DNA from: a virus
Taxonomy: Duplodnaviria > Caudoviricetes
Direction: 5' to 3' (one strand)
Virus record (IMG/VR): IMGVR_UViG_3300042814_000132
Location: 1-40,114 of that record
Length of the DNA: 40,114 nt
Positions 17,907-26,642 of the stretch are shown here, piece by piece; positions within the stretch are counted from its first letter, which is position 1; the number at the start of each line of letters is the position of its first letter. Below the pieces are notes generated by a model that was given only the letters and a program-made list of their open reading frames with translations, did not search any database and was not told the origin of the DNA. The position numbers were made by a program, and so were the translations under genes.

Positions 17907-18762
17907 TGCCTCTTTCCTCCATCGCCGCGTACCGCGCGGCGTCGGCCTCGACCGATCCGAGAATGCGGGCGTTCTTCGCCTCCGCCCGTTCGAGGCTCGT
18001 CGTGGGTGAGCCACGGGCCCCGCGGCCCGTAGCGGGCGCGGGTGCCCTCTGGGCGGCATGGGCAGCATCGCGTTTCAGGTAGTCCCGCGCCCACGCTCGC
18101 AGGTCCGGCAGCCAGTCGGCACGGCTGCGCCCCTCCGCCAGTCGGCGGTCCGCCCACTGCGGGATGATTTCGCTCGCCAGCTGTTCGGGCGTCGTCCCGA
18201 TGGCCGTGGCCTGGGTGGCGAGGTCGGCGTCAGAAAGCTGAGGAAAAGCCGGGGCGAACCGCTCGCTCGCGCGCGGGCGCTCGCGTGTGGGTGCGCCCGC
18301 GGGGGAGTTAATCTCTCTCTCTGGTATTCTTAATGGGTCTTGTTCAGTGGGTCTTGTTAATTGGGTCTTGTTCCGGTCTCGGAGCGGAACTAGTTCCGGT
18401 CTCGGAGCGGAACTAGTTCCGGTCTCGATTTGAGACTGGTTCTGATTCGAGACTAGTTCCGGTTTGGGACTAGTTGAGACCGTGACAATGTGATAACAGT
18501 TGCTCGCCCGCTTGCCTGACGTGATCGTCACGAGGCCCGCGTCAACGATTTTCTTGATCGCGGTCGCCACTTGGCTCCGGCCGCAGCCGAGCTCGCTTTG
18601 CAGCTTGCTGTACGAAGGCCAGGAGTCGCGCTCGCCGTTCGCGTGGCGCACAATGCAGGCATAGACTGAGAAGGCCGTCATGCCGATCTTCGGCAGATAT
18701 TCATCAATGACCTCGTTATCGATGTGAAACCAGCCGCGTTCGCGATCGTCTACGATCCTCAT
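17791..18762 (-). CDS. Replication initiator (N-terminal winged HTH)
   Basis: WFHIDN...VYACI...SWPSYSKL...LV...NCY; internal repeat region. Confidence 0.8.
   Translation of the reverse strand: MRIVDDRERGWFHIDNEVIDEYLPKIGMTAFSVYACIVRHANGERDSWPSYSKLQSELGCGRSQVATAIKKIVDAGLVTITSGKRASNCYHIVTVSTSPKPELVSNQNQSQIETGTSSAPRPELVPLRDRNKTQLTRPTEQDPLRIPEREINSPAGAPTRERPRASERFAPAFPQLSDADLATQATAIGTTPEQLASEIIPQWADRRLAEGRSRADWLPDLRAWARDYLKRDAAHAAQRAPAPATGRGARGSPTTSLERAEAKNARILGSVEADAARYAAMEERGNGTPDVRTGNGAHAGALPAGDRTGDEGPVVDIPERHAR
18310..18480. repeat. Iteron cluster, probable replication origin inside the initiator gene
   Basis: GTTCCGGTCTCGGAGCGGAACTA at 18370 and 18393, partial at 18416; TGGGTCTTGTT three times at 14-bp period; adjacent AT-richer tract. 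Confidence 0.75.
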
Positions 18763-18786
18763 TGACCCACCCGGCCCTTCCACAGA

Positions 18787-18816
18787 CAAAACGGCGCGGG
18801 CCCCGCGACCCGCGCC
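18787..18816 (-). terminator. Possible intrinsic terminator after bet
   Basis: GGCGCGGG-N8-CCCGCGCC followed by GTTTTG on minus. Confidence 0.45.
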
Positions 18817-18824
18817 ATAGCGAC

Positions 18825-21017
18825 CTAGCTCTGTGCTGACTCGCCCTCCGGTCCCGCCTCGCGCACGATGGGCGCGCCGTCGCCCGTGTACGCGACGACG
18901 AGCCTGCCCTCGAAGATGCCGATCAGTTGGTCGTAGTCTGCTTTTGTGAGCACGTAGAGGGAGACCTCGCCGCGGGCCGGGTCGAGCTTGTCCGGATGGA
19001 GGAGGTGCATCGTTTCGCGCTTGGCGTCCTTGGTCCAGCCCTCATCACTGCCGGTCGCCCAGAAGAGGGCGATCTGCTGCGCGTTCGGCTTCCACGGCTC
19101 GATGCGCTCCGCAGGCGGCGCGGGCACGGGCTCCGATTGCGATGGAAGGGGTGCCGATGGGGTGACCACGCCTGTGCTCCTCACCTCCTGGCGTCCGGTG
19201 ATGATGAGCTCTTTCGCCTGCTCCAGCGTCAGGCTCTCGATGTGATCCACGCCCAGGGCGGCGAGTCGGTCTGCCAGCGGATAGCCCTTGTCAGCGAGCG
19301 CGCGCAGCTGGGCGTGCTGGTGGAGATTGGAGCGTGCAGGCGTGGGTGGTGCGGCGATCTTCCCGTCCACGATCTCACCGGCAGCGATCGCCGCGGGGCG
19401 CACGGCCGTCGCACGCCGGGGCCGCTCCTCGTTCTCCGCCTGCCCCATCTCCTCCTCGGTGTAGATGCCCCGCGTCTCGTTCGGGAAGGCGGCCCGGATT
19501 GCCTGACTCTCGGCGCAGTTGCCGCAGAGCATTGAGAAGCCGTGCCGACGTACCACGATCACGCCGGAGGGAACCGTGACGCACCAGACGCGCCCGCCCG
19601 CGTTGGGCTGCAACTCAAGGCCTGGGTGCTTGCGCGTGGTCGTCTGCGGATTCGGGTTGTGATACTCGCGACCCCATCGCACCACGGGAATATCGTCACG
19701 CCCGCTGATGGTGACGTGGTAATTCGGCTGCGCGCTGATGTCTGACCAGCGCGCGGTGCGCTGGCTGACCGCGTACCCCGCGATGACCGCAGCGAGCTCG
19801 AAGGCCTCGATGTGATCGGGCCGTGACGAGTAAAAACGCCGGACGCCCGTTCGCTTGTTCGTGCTGCCGTCGAACGCGACCAGTGTATCGATCAGCAGCC
19901 GCGCCTGGTCACGGTTGAGGGAGAGCACCGCATCCCGACCGATGCGCTTCCCCTCATCGCAGAGGTACGCAACTGCCGCGCGCGGATAAGAGAATCGCAT
20001 CTTGTCCAGCCGCGTTGTGATCGTCCGCGCCGGCGTGACGGCCACCGCACCTGCCGCAGCGCGGCGCGTCTCTGCGATGTAGCTGCCGATCTCGCGGAGT
20101 CGCGCGACCTTTCCGGGACGCGATACCTCCACCGCGATCGTCCTGCCCGGGCGATCAGTGCCGTCCGCGAGGTAGGCGGCACTGATGGCAATCTCCGTAT
20201 CCGTCACCGGTGCGGCGGATTTGAGCGTCGTGACGAGACGCGGGATGCGAAACATGGCGCGGGTGCGCGCCCGCTCGTACATCACGCCCGCCTCGATCTT
20301 CCCTGCCGTTGTCACCATGTCGTGATTCGGCGTGACGCTGAAATTCAGATCGTCACTGTCGAGCGTCACCATGTCGCCGTTGTACGCTTGCACGAAGGGG
20401 CGTGCATTCGTCGGTTCCAACCCCCTAGCCGTCACTTGCAGCACGCGCCCTGTCACCGCGTTGAAGGGTTGGAACCCCTGATCCGTGAGGACTTCCGTGT
20501 CCTCGCTGAAGCACTTGGCGAGCATGTGATCCGGCATCTTCTTCCAGAGCGAGACCGGGTTGCCCTCCCGGTCGGTCTGGACGAAAGCGTCGTAGCGGAC
20601 CGTCGCCCAGAGGGTTTCTGACCAGTCCGTGCGTTTGACGCCGACACGCGCGGCGACGGGCGGATCGCTCTTCAGCCAGACATCGGTCCAGACACCGTCC
20701 GCGCCGCACCAGTACGGCCCGATCCTGCCGGCATATATACCTGTCCGCTCGGCGATCAACCGGTACCCATTGATCGACGTCTGGATCCGCAGAGCTTCCT
20801 CCCAGTTGCCCTGCGCGTTCTTCACCCGTTGCTTGATGGGATAGAACTGCTTGTCGAAGAGCGAGAGGCCGGTGCGTCGCTCCACCGCGGCGACGAAGTC
20901 CAGTTCGACGTCCGTCAATCCCGGTGCGATGCCGTTCCGGATTGCCTGGAGCTCATCGCCGAAGACCTCGGCGGCGAGCGCGCCGGCCTCGCGAGTGACC
21001 AGTGCGTCACTTGCCAT
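18825..21017 (-). CDS. bet: Bet/RecT single-strand annealing protein containing an intein
   Basis: TGLSLFDKQFY, QTSINGYRLIAERTG, WKKMPDHMLAK/CAESQAIRAAFP...GIYTEEEM. Confidence 0.9.
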   Translation of the reverse strand: MASDALVTREAGALAAEVFGDELQAIRNGIAPGLTDVELDFVAAVERRTGLSLFDKQFYPIKQRVKNAQGNWEEALRIQTSINGYRLIAERTGIYAGRIGPYWCGADGVWTDVWLKSDPPVAARVGVKRTDWSETLWATVRYDAFVQTDREGNPVSLWKKMPDHMLAKCFSEDTEVLTDQGFQPFNAVTGRVLQVTARGLEPTNARPFVQAYNGDMVTLDSDDLNFSVTPNHDMVTTAGKIEAGVMYERARTRAMFRIPRLVTTLKSAAPVTDTEIAISAAYLADGTDRPGRTIAVEVSRPGKVARLREIGSYIAETRRAAAGAVAVTPARTITTRLDKMRFSYPRAAVAYLCDEGKRIGRDAVLSLNRDQARLLIDTLVAFDGSTNKRTGVRRFYSSRPDHIEAFELAAVIAGYAVSQRTARWSDISAQPNYHVTISGRDDIPVVRWGREYHNPNPQTTTRKHPGLELQPNAGGRVWCVTVPSGVIVVRRHGFSMLCGNCAESQAIRAAFPNETRGIYTEEEMGQAENEERPRRATAVRPAAIAAGEIVDGKIAAPPTPARSNLHQHAQLRALADKGYPLADRLAALGVDHIESLTLEQAKELIITGRQEVRSTGVVTPSAPLPSQSEPVPAPPAERIEPWKPNAQQIALFWATGSDEGWTKDAKRETMHLLHPDKLDPARGEVSLYVLTKADYDQLIGIFEGRLVVAYTGDGAPIVREAGPEGESAQS
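19518..20513 (-). mobile_element. Intein (332 aa) with LAGLIDADG-like domain in Bet
   Basis: Starts CFSEDTEVLT; VTPNH block B; AYLADG and LVAFDG; VWCVTV block F; ends CGN followed by C. Confidence 0.9.
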
Positions 21018-21092
21018 GTGTCTGTCCCTTCTTGATCTCTGTGTCCTCCGCGGCCTGTGCCGTCAGCCGGGCGAGGCGCGTCCAGCGCCGTC

Positions 21093-21677
21093 CTATTCTT
21101 GCCATGCAATCCCTCGCACAATGAGATTGACGCGGCGTTGCGTGACGCCGTACGCCCTCGCCAGCGCGCGCTCCGTGAATCGGCCGGTGGCATGACTCGC
21201 ACGGATCTCCCGTACGGCCTCCCACGTCAGCTTCGCCGCGGGATGATCGACGCCCCGGACAATCTTCTCGGGATGCGTGCGGACGCCGCTGCGGTCGCCG
21301 CAGGGCCGGCATTCCGGATGCATGTGCATGCCGTGGCGTTCGCCCTGCGCGTTGCGCCCCTTGGCGATCATGTCCGCCTTGTTATCAGCGTCCGTCCCCA
21401 GCCAGAGGTGTCCCAGCCGGGGATGGCGGACGCCGTTCACTTCGTACCAGCCCGCATCGTCGTTCCGCACACACGCGGGGTTGTCGCAGGTATGGAGCAC
21501 CTGCAAGCCGTCGGGTATCGGCCCGCACCGGAGTTCCCATGCTGCCCGATGCGCCCGTACCGACTCGCCGTTGCGACTGATGCGCCCATACCCGTTGCCG
21601 ATCGTGCAGCCCGTCCAGAGCCAGCACGTATCCGTCTTGTCCACCGCCGCCCAGAACCGCATTGCGAACGCTGTCAT
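21093..21677 (-). CDS. HNH endonuclease with C-terminal HTH
   Basis: CWLWTG...GYG...AHR...VLHTCDNPACV...HLWLGT..DN; translationally coupled, no hairpin leader. Confidence 0.9.
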   Translation of the reverse strand: MTAFAMRFWAAVDKTDTCWLWTGCTIGNGYGRISRNGESVRAHRAAWELRCGPIPDGLQVLHTCDNPACVRNDDAGWYEVNGVRHPRLGHLWLGTDADNKADMIAKGRNAQGERHGMHMHPECRPCGDRSGVRTHPEKIVRGVDHPAAKLTWEAVREIRASHATGRFTERALARAYGVTQRRVNLIVRGIAWQE

Positions 21678-21970
21678 CACTGGAGCGTCCCTTCCCGTGC
21701 GATCGAGGCGCGCATACGCGTCAGCAACTCGGCCAGCCGCTCGACGAGCAGCGACCCCGCTTCGCAATCCTTGAGCACCCACCGCTCACCCTTCGTCACG
21801 AGATCGAGGAAGGTGCCGAGCTCCGTCAGTGCCTCGCCGCGGAGCCGCGCTTGCAGGTCCTGCTCCTGCTCGACGGGATTCTGGATCCCGTCCCAGTGCG
21901 CACCCAGCGTCCGATCCCGGTACCAGTTCGTGTCCGTCGGCTGCGGCCCGGCCGGTTCCTTCACGCCCAT
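21677..21970 (-). CDS. Hypothetical protein
   Basis: Coupled ORF in the early leftward operon. Confidence 0.55.
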   Translation of the reverse strand: MGVKEPAGPQPTDTNWYRDRTLGAHWDGIQNPVEQEQDLQARLRGEALTELGTFLDLVTKGERWVLKDCEAGSLLVERLAELLTRMRASIAREGTLQ

Positions 21971-22194
21971 GGCATGCGTCCGGCATGTGCGAGGATGACG
22001 GCGACGACGAGCGTGATGAGGCCGATCATGGCAATGGCTGACAGCCCGAGCACCATCCGGGTCGTGTGCGCTGGCGCGGGTTCGCCGTCGTCGTACCCGG
22101 CGCCGCCCGCATGCGCGATCGCGGCCGGTCGCCAGCCGGTCGCCGCGTCGATGTCGGCCTGGGTGAGGGTGCGCGCCCTATCGTTCATACTCAT
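21961..22194 (-). CDS. Small protein with C-terminal TM helix
   Basis: Coupled ORF with a hydrophobic segment. Confidence 0.5.
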   Translation of the reverse strand: MSMNDRARTLTQADIDAATGWRPAAIAHAGGAGYDDGEPAPAHTTRMVLGLSAIAMIGLITLVVAVILAHAGRMPWA

Positions 22195-22442
22195 CGCTGC
22201 ACCCGCCCACGCGGTCCGGCGAGTGATGAACCGTTTGCATGTGACCGTTCATTGCGGTACACGGCAAACGGTTCATCATGCACTGGCGGCGCGATCGTCC
22301 AGGCGAGGAGACGCGCGGCGTGCGCCGTCACCATCCCCGGTGTCACCTCATTGATCGGCACGTCGTACCACTCCGCGGTCAGCCGAATCAGTTCGGCGTC
22401 CGGCGATTGCTTGTTCGGTTGTTCCTGGTCGTCCCATATCAT
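22191..22442 (-). CDS. Hypothetical protein with a mini-element in its 3' part
   Basis: Coupled ORF (MIWDDQ...). Confidence 0.45.
   Translation of the reverse strand: MIWDDQEQPNKQSPDAELIRLTAEWYDVPINEVTPGMVTAHAARLLAWTIAPPVHDEPFAVYRNERSHANGSSLAGPRGRVQR
22224..22278 (+). mobile_element. Hairpin mini-element copy (55 bp)
   Basis: TGATGAACCGTTTGC-ATGTGA-CCGT.TCATT.GCGG-TACACG-GCAAACGGTTCATCA. Confidence 0.75.
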
Positions 22443-22720
22443 GCAGCTGCCTCGCAATCTGCGTCGAGGACGCGGGCGTCCCAGACATCCCACGCATTGA
22501 TGGTGTGCTCGATGCCGTTCTCGCTGGCGACGCGGATCCACTCGCGCCCGACACCCACGACCGCGACAACACCCGCGCACTCCGCGTCCTCGTCGTCGAG
22601 CCAGACAAGCTCGACCGGCAGGCGCTGCGCTCGTGCAGCCTTCGCCAGCATGCGCAGGCAGAACGGCGGGTCGGTGTGGCGGTAATGGCTGATTTCTTCC
22701 TTGACTACGCTGGTGGCCAT
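22439..22720 (-). CDS. Hypothetical protein
   Basis: Coupled ORF, GAAGGAAG SD. Confidence 0.5.
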   Translation of the reverse strand: MATSVVKEEISHYRHTDPPFCLRMLAKAARAQRLPVELVWLDDEDAECAGVVAVVGVGREWIRVASENGIEHTINAWDVWDARVLDADCEAAA

Positions 22721-22748
22721 TGGTACACTTCCTTCGATCTCCACAAGA

Positions 22749-23054
22749 TCAATCCGCCGCGACCGGTTGTTCAGAACCGTTCGTCGGCATGTCCTCCAGC
22801 GGTTCGACCGCCAGCACGTTGTTGTGCAGGTCGCGCAGGTTCTCCCTGAGTTGTCGCCAGTACGAATCCGTGATCCGACCGTGGGCCAGAATCTGCCGCG
22901 CCGTGCGGTCGATCATCTCCGCGGATTCCGTCATCACCAGTTCCGCCGCGTGCAGCCTGAGCACGTCCAGCGGCAGGTGCATCAGCCGCATCTGTCGGCC
23001 GATTTCCGCAATGGCGTCGTTCGCGACTTGGATTGCGGGCTTTCGATATGCCAT
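22749..23054 (-). CDS. Hypothetical helical protein
   Basis: Strong GGAGGAG SD. Confidence 0.55.
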   Translation of the reverse strand: MAYRKPAIQVANDAIAEIGRQMRLMHLPLDVLRLHAAELVMTESAEMIDRTARQILAHGRITDSYWRQLRENLRDLHNNVLAVEPLEDMPTNGSEQPVAAD

Positions 23055-23273
23055 CTCCTCCCCTCACCCCCTTCCTTCCCGCAGTCGAGGCGTCCGTGGA
23101 CGCCCGGTCAAAACGATTGCGATGCATCGCATCGCAGCTATCGGCTATAGGGTGAGCGCGCGTTATGCGGATAGTCGTCATCGTGTGGGAGATGATTCGA
23201 TGCCAAACCACCTGCTCCTCGCGATTGCCGAGACATACACGTGGCGCCGGGCCGCTTGTGGTGATGATCACCA

Positions 23274-23546
23274 TCACTGGTTCCCACCTTCACACATCGT
23301 ATCGCGTATTTCAGTACGCACATCATCCAAAAAAAAGAGCACCTCCGGTTCGCAGCCCAGCAGCCGTGCCGCGGCATCGAGGAATCCGCGTGTCGCCGAA
23401 CGGCGGCCCGACTTAATCTGCCGCACCGTGTTGATGGAGTACCCGACTTCGCCCGCGAACCACGTGAGCTTTCGCCCCTCGCGTTCGAGTCGCGCGAACA
23501 GTGGCGCCGGGTTCATTCGCTGCTCGTGCTCGATCATCGTCGCCAA
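23274..23546 (-). CDS. Cro-like XRE HTH regulator
   Basis: LTWFAGEVGYSINTVRQIKSG HTH; divergent from the repressor; AGGAGG SD. Confidence 0.8.
   Translation of the reverse strand: MATMIEHEQRMNPAPLFARLEREGRKLTWFAGEVGYSINTVRQIKSGRRSATRGFLDAAARLLGCEPEVLFFLDDVRTEIRDTMCEGGNQ
23303..23320. promoter_or_regulatory. Putative repressor operator
   Basis: CGCGTA-N6-TACGCA palindrome; 16/18 match to the reverse complement of 26141-26158. Confidence 0.55.
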
Positions 23547-23560
23547 TGTGCCCTCCTATG

Positions 23561-23606
23561 CGCGTACTTTGCAATGCATTATGCGGCCCGTATTCGCAGT
23601 TGTCAA
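23561..23606 (-). promoter_or_regulatory. Early leftward promoter with operator
   Basis: TTGACA (23601-06)-17 bp-CATAAT (23578-83); operator CGCGTACTTTGCAATGCA at 23561-78. Confidence 0.7.
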
Positions 23607-23691
23607 CCTTTTCCTGTGCATTTGCGCTACGTTGTGCGTAGCGAACGCATGGGCCTGGGCGATTGCATCAGCGCCAAGGGGCAGAAAAACG

Positions 23692-24057
23692 ATGGCGAAG
23701 GACGCCGCGGACACCGGCAACCGCTTTGGGGAATGGCTCAGAAACGAGCTGAGTAGGCATGAGTGGTCGCAGCGGATGCTGGCGGAGAAGGTTGGCGTCT
23801 CGTCGGGCGTCGTCTCACGCTGGGTGCGCGGCCTCGACATCCCGAGTTCGCCGAGCATCATCGGGATCGCCGCCGCGTTTAAGGTGCCGGCGCAGGTAGT
23901 CATGAATCAGATCGGCTCGGCCCAGAGCGCCGAGCAGCACGATTTCTGGACCATGCTCTCGAGTGAGCTTGACACCGAGGATTTACGCGATGTGCAGGAC
24001 TTTATCGACTATAAGCGTGCGCAAGCCAGGAAACGGAAAATGGACGCGAAGTCATAG
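23692..24057 (+). CDS. CI/ImmR-like XRE repressor
   Basis: FGEWLR...WSQRMLAEKVGVSSGVVSRWVRG...P. Confidence 0.85.
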   Translation: MAKDAADTGNRFGEWLRNELSRHEWSQRMLAEKVGVSSGVVSRWVRGLDIPSSPSIIGIAAAFKVPAQVVMNQIGSAQSAEQHDFWTMLSSELDTEDLRDVQDFIDYKRAQARKRKMDAKS

Positions 24058-24079
24058 CATTCGCACCGAGGGGTGACGG

Positions 24080-24520
24080 ATGGAGATCAGCATCGCCTGC
24101 GCGAAGGCGGTTCGCCGCCTCACCGGTCCCGGTCCACTCGACGCTGAGGCCGTGTGCGCGCTCTATGGCGTCGAGGTTGACACCTGGCACTTTCGCAAAA
24201 ACCTGGAAGCGCTCTACGCGTCCGGCAGCATTGCCGTGAAGCTGGGTCTCGCCCGCCCGGTTCGCGAACATCGCATCCTTCACGAACTCGGCCATCACCT
24301 GATACATGGTGACCACTCCGGCGTCCGTTTCTGGAGCACGCGCGATGCGCAAATGCTCTCGAAGGCCGAGCATCAGGCGGAGATGTTCGCCTATTTCGTC
24401 GCGTTGCCGTCGAATGAGCTGGCGGTGCTCCTGCGCGGGCGTGTCGAGATCGAGGAGATCGCGAGCCGCTATACGCGGACCGAGGAATGGGTCCGCGAAC
24501 GCATCCGCCTCGAGGGCTAA
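24080..24520 (+). CDS. ImmA/IrrE-family metallopeptidase (anti-repressor)
   Basis: HELGH (HExxH) and E.QA..FA motifs; lies between repressor and integrase. Confidence 0.9.
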   Translation: MEISIACAKAVRRLTGPGPLDAEAVCALYGVEVDTWHFRKNLEALYASGSIAVKLGLARPVREHRILHELGHHLIHGDHSGVRFWSTRDAQMLSKAEHQAEMFAYFVALPSNELAVLLRGRVEIEEIASRYTRTEEWVRERIRLEG

Positions 24521-24527
24521 CACTGAG

Positions 24528-26036
24528 ATGGGGATCGCCCGCGGCTATGTGCGCGTTTCGACGCGGAAACAAGAGGCCGGTGTCTCGCTCGACACGCAGC
24601 GCGACGCAATGCGCGAATACGCGGCCGAACACGCCCAGACGCTCACGCTGTACGAGGATGTGGAAAGCGGCCGCAATGTCAACCGGCCGGCCTATCTGCG
24701 GCTGTTGAGCGATCTGCGCCCGGGCGACGTCGTCCTCGTGTGGAAGCTCGACCGCGCCGGCCGCAACGCCGAGGAAGCGTTGCGGTTCCGCCGCCTCATC
24801 CAGGAGCGGGGCGCGCGGCTCATCTCGATCACCGAGCCGGGAATGCAGGAACCGCTCCTCTACGGCGTCAACGCCGTCTTTCACGAGGAGTTCTCGCGCG
24901 CCCTCGCAGCGAAGGTCGTCCCAAATATGGAGCGTGTTGTCACGATCGAGCGGCGCTGGGTCACGAAAGCGCCGCACTGGTATCGACTTGATGTCAAGCC
25001 ACGTGTCGGCAAGCAGCGCCGGGTATTCTCAGAAGGGGAAGGGCGACTCGTCCCGAACGAAGACTATCCCGGACAGGCCCAGGAGTGCTGGGAGATGCTC
25101 CTCGCGACGAATAGCATTTCCGGCACCGCCGCGGCGTTCGATCTCACGTATACGAAGCTCGCGCGCATGATCAATAGTCCGGCGTATGTCGGCGATACCC
25201 TCTGGCGCGGGATCCTCGTGACCGGCACGCATCCGGCGATCGTCCGGCGCGAGACGTGGGAAGCGGTTCGCACGCAGCGACTGGAGAATCCGTTTCCGTC
25301 GCCGCGTCGCACGGAGGGGCCGCGACTCCTCACGGGCTACGTCTTCCGGGCCGATTCCCAGCATCGGATGTATCACCGTGTCCGCAACGAGCACACACCG
25401 TATGCCCGCCCCTACTACAAGACGGCCGATGTCGTCCCTCGCCCTCCACATGCGGCAATCCCTGCGGATGAACTGCATGAGGCAGTGATCACAACACTCA
25501 AGACGCTCGACCTCTCGCCCGCGGAGGTGCGGACGCTCGAGCGCGATGCGCGGCGCGCGGTCCGCACCGACCCACATGCGAAACGGCGCGCGCAGCTGCA
25601 GCGTCAGCTGATCGAACTGGAAGCCGAGCGCGATGCTGCGACACGCGCACTCCTCCGCGGCGCAATCACCGACGCCGAGCGTGCCCGGGCGCGCGAGCGG
25701 CATGACCGCGAGGAGGTCGAGTATCGGGCAGGACTCGCCGCGTTACCGCCGCTGCCGGATGTCGAAGACGTACAGATCCGTTCCCGCGGCCGGATCGGCA
25801 TCGCGCACCTGATTGATGAACTCTGGCGCCAGTTCAACGGTACCGATGCTGAGATTGCGCGTCGCGCCATGTATGACATTCGCGAGCTGCTGCGACTGTA
25901 TGTGCGCCGGATCGAGGTATGGGGCGCAGAAAACGAGGGGCGCTTCGGCGGAGACCAGGCAGTGTGGCGTCGCGATCATCCGCCCCGTATTCATATCGTT
26001 TGGCGCGATTCGCCTAGCAATAACGAGGAATCGTAG
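24528..26036 (+). CDS. Large serine recombinase (integrase)
   Basis: YVRVST catalytic motif, SG..VNRP, WKLDRAGRN, Y.G...GTHPAIV, coiled coil. Confidence 0.9.
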   Translation: MGIARGYVRVSTRKQEAGVSLDTQRDAMREYAAEHAQTLTLYEDVESGRNVNRPAYLRLLSDLRPGDVVLVWKLDRAGRNAEEALRFRRLIQERGARLISITEPGMQEPLLYGVNAVFHEEFSRALAAKVVPNMERVVTIERRWVTKAPHWYRLDVKPRVGKQRRVFSEGEGRLVPNEDYPGQAQECWEMLLATNSISGTAAAFDLTYTKLARMINSPAYVGDTLWRGILVTGTHPAIVRRETWEAVRTQRLENPFPSPRRTEGPRLLTGYVFRADSQHRMYHRVRNEHTPYARPYYKTADVVPRPPHAAIPADELHEAVITTLKTLDLSPAEVRTLERDARRAVRTDPHAKRRAQLQRQLIELEAERDAATRALLRGAITDAERARARERHDREEVEYRAGLAALPPLPDVEDVQIRSRGRIGIAHLIDELWRQFNGTDAEIARRAMYDIRELLRLYVRRIEVWGAENEGRFGGDQAVWRRDHPPRIHIVWRDSPSNNEES

Positions 26037-26110
26037 GCTGAATCAGATCATTCGGCGTACCCACCAATACAAAACAGCCTAAGCGGTCGCGTGGATTGCA
26101 CACGAAAACG

Positions 26111-26247
26111 TTGACAAGTCGCGTACTTTGCTATACAATATGCGTACTGAGATACGTGTTCTATCTCATAGATTGCCCCCGCAATGCATCACCATCGCGA
26201 GGGCGAGCAACCAAAGGAGTTAGCCCTATGGTCGCCAGCGCACAGTA
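26111..26247 (+). promoter_or_regulatory. Early rightward promoter with two operators and a hairpin/antisense leader
   Basis: TTGACA (26111-16)-17 bp-TACAAT (26134-39); operators 26120-37 and 26141-58; hairpin about 26175-26204; TACTGT on minus at 26242-47. Confidence 0.7.
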
Positions 26248-26638
26248 CATCACCCACACCTTCACGGCAACCGTCAGCGTCCAGATTCCGCGCACCATCA
26301 CCGCGGACACTGACCCGCAGACCGTCGAGCACGCGCTCCACGCCTTCTACCGTCGCGCACACGATGAGATGCAGCACAGCGGCGGCCTTTTCCCCTTCGA
26401 TTCGCTGAAGATCGTCGCCGACGCGATGGCCGACAGCGGTGCGGTCACGTGCGAGTACACCAACGATGCGGGCATCACGCGGGCGCGCACCCTCTTCCCC
26501 TACTCCATCCACCTTACCGACGCACGCAAGATCGAAGTCAAGGCGTACGACACGTTCCGGCAGGCGACACGCTCCTTCCGGCTCGATCGCATGCAGGGCG
26601 CGCACCTCGTGACCCTGCCCTGCGATCAGGCGGCGTAA
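26228..26638 (+). CDS. WYL-domain protein
   Basis: EYTNDAG..RARTLFPYSI...AYDTFRQATRSFRLDRM. Confidence 0.8.
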   Translation: MVASAQYITHTFTATVSVQIPRTITADTDPQTVEHALHAFYRRAHDEMQHSGGLFPFDSLKIVADAMADSGAVTCEYTNDAGITRARTLFPYSIHLTDARKIEVKAYDTFRQATRSFRLDRMQGAHLVTLPCDQAA

Positions 26639-26642
26639 CGCG

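Noticed and set aside
21007-21092. Possible displaced C-terminus of the 21677-21970 gene after the HNH (shared CGCGCCTCG and GAAGGGAC)
   Set aside because: Similarity too weak to count as a terminus duplication.
23329-23336. A8 run in cro as a phase-variation site
   Set aside because: Short, encodes LFFL in frame, no evidence of slippage.
22720-23691. 445-aa ORF extending the repressor upstream
   Set aside because: Overlaps cro and its promoter; the real HTH protein starts at about 23692.
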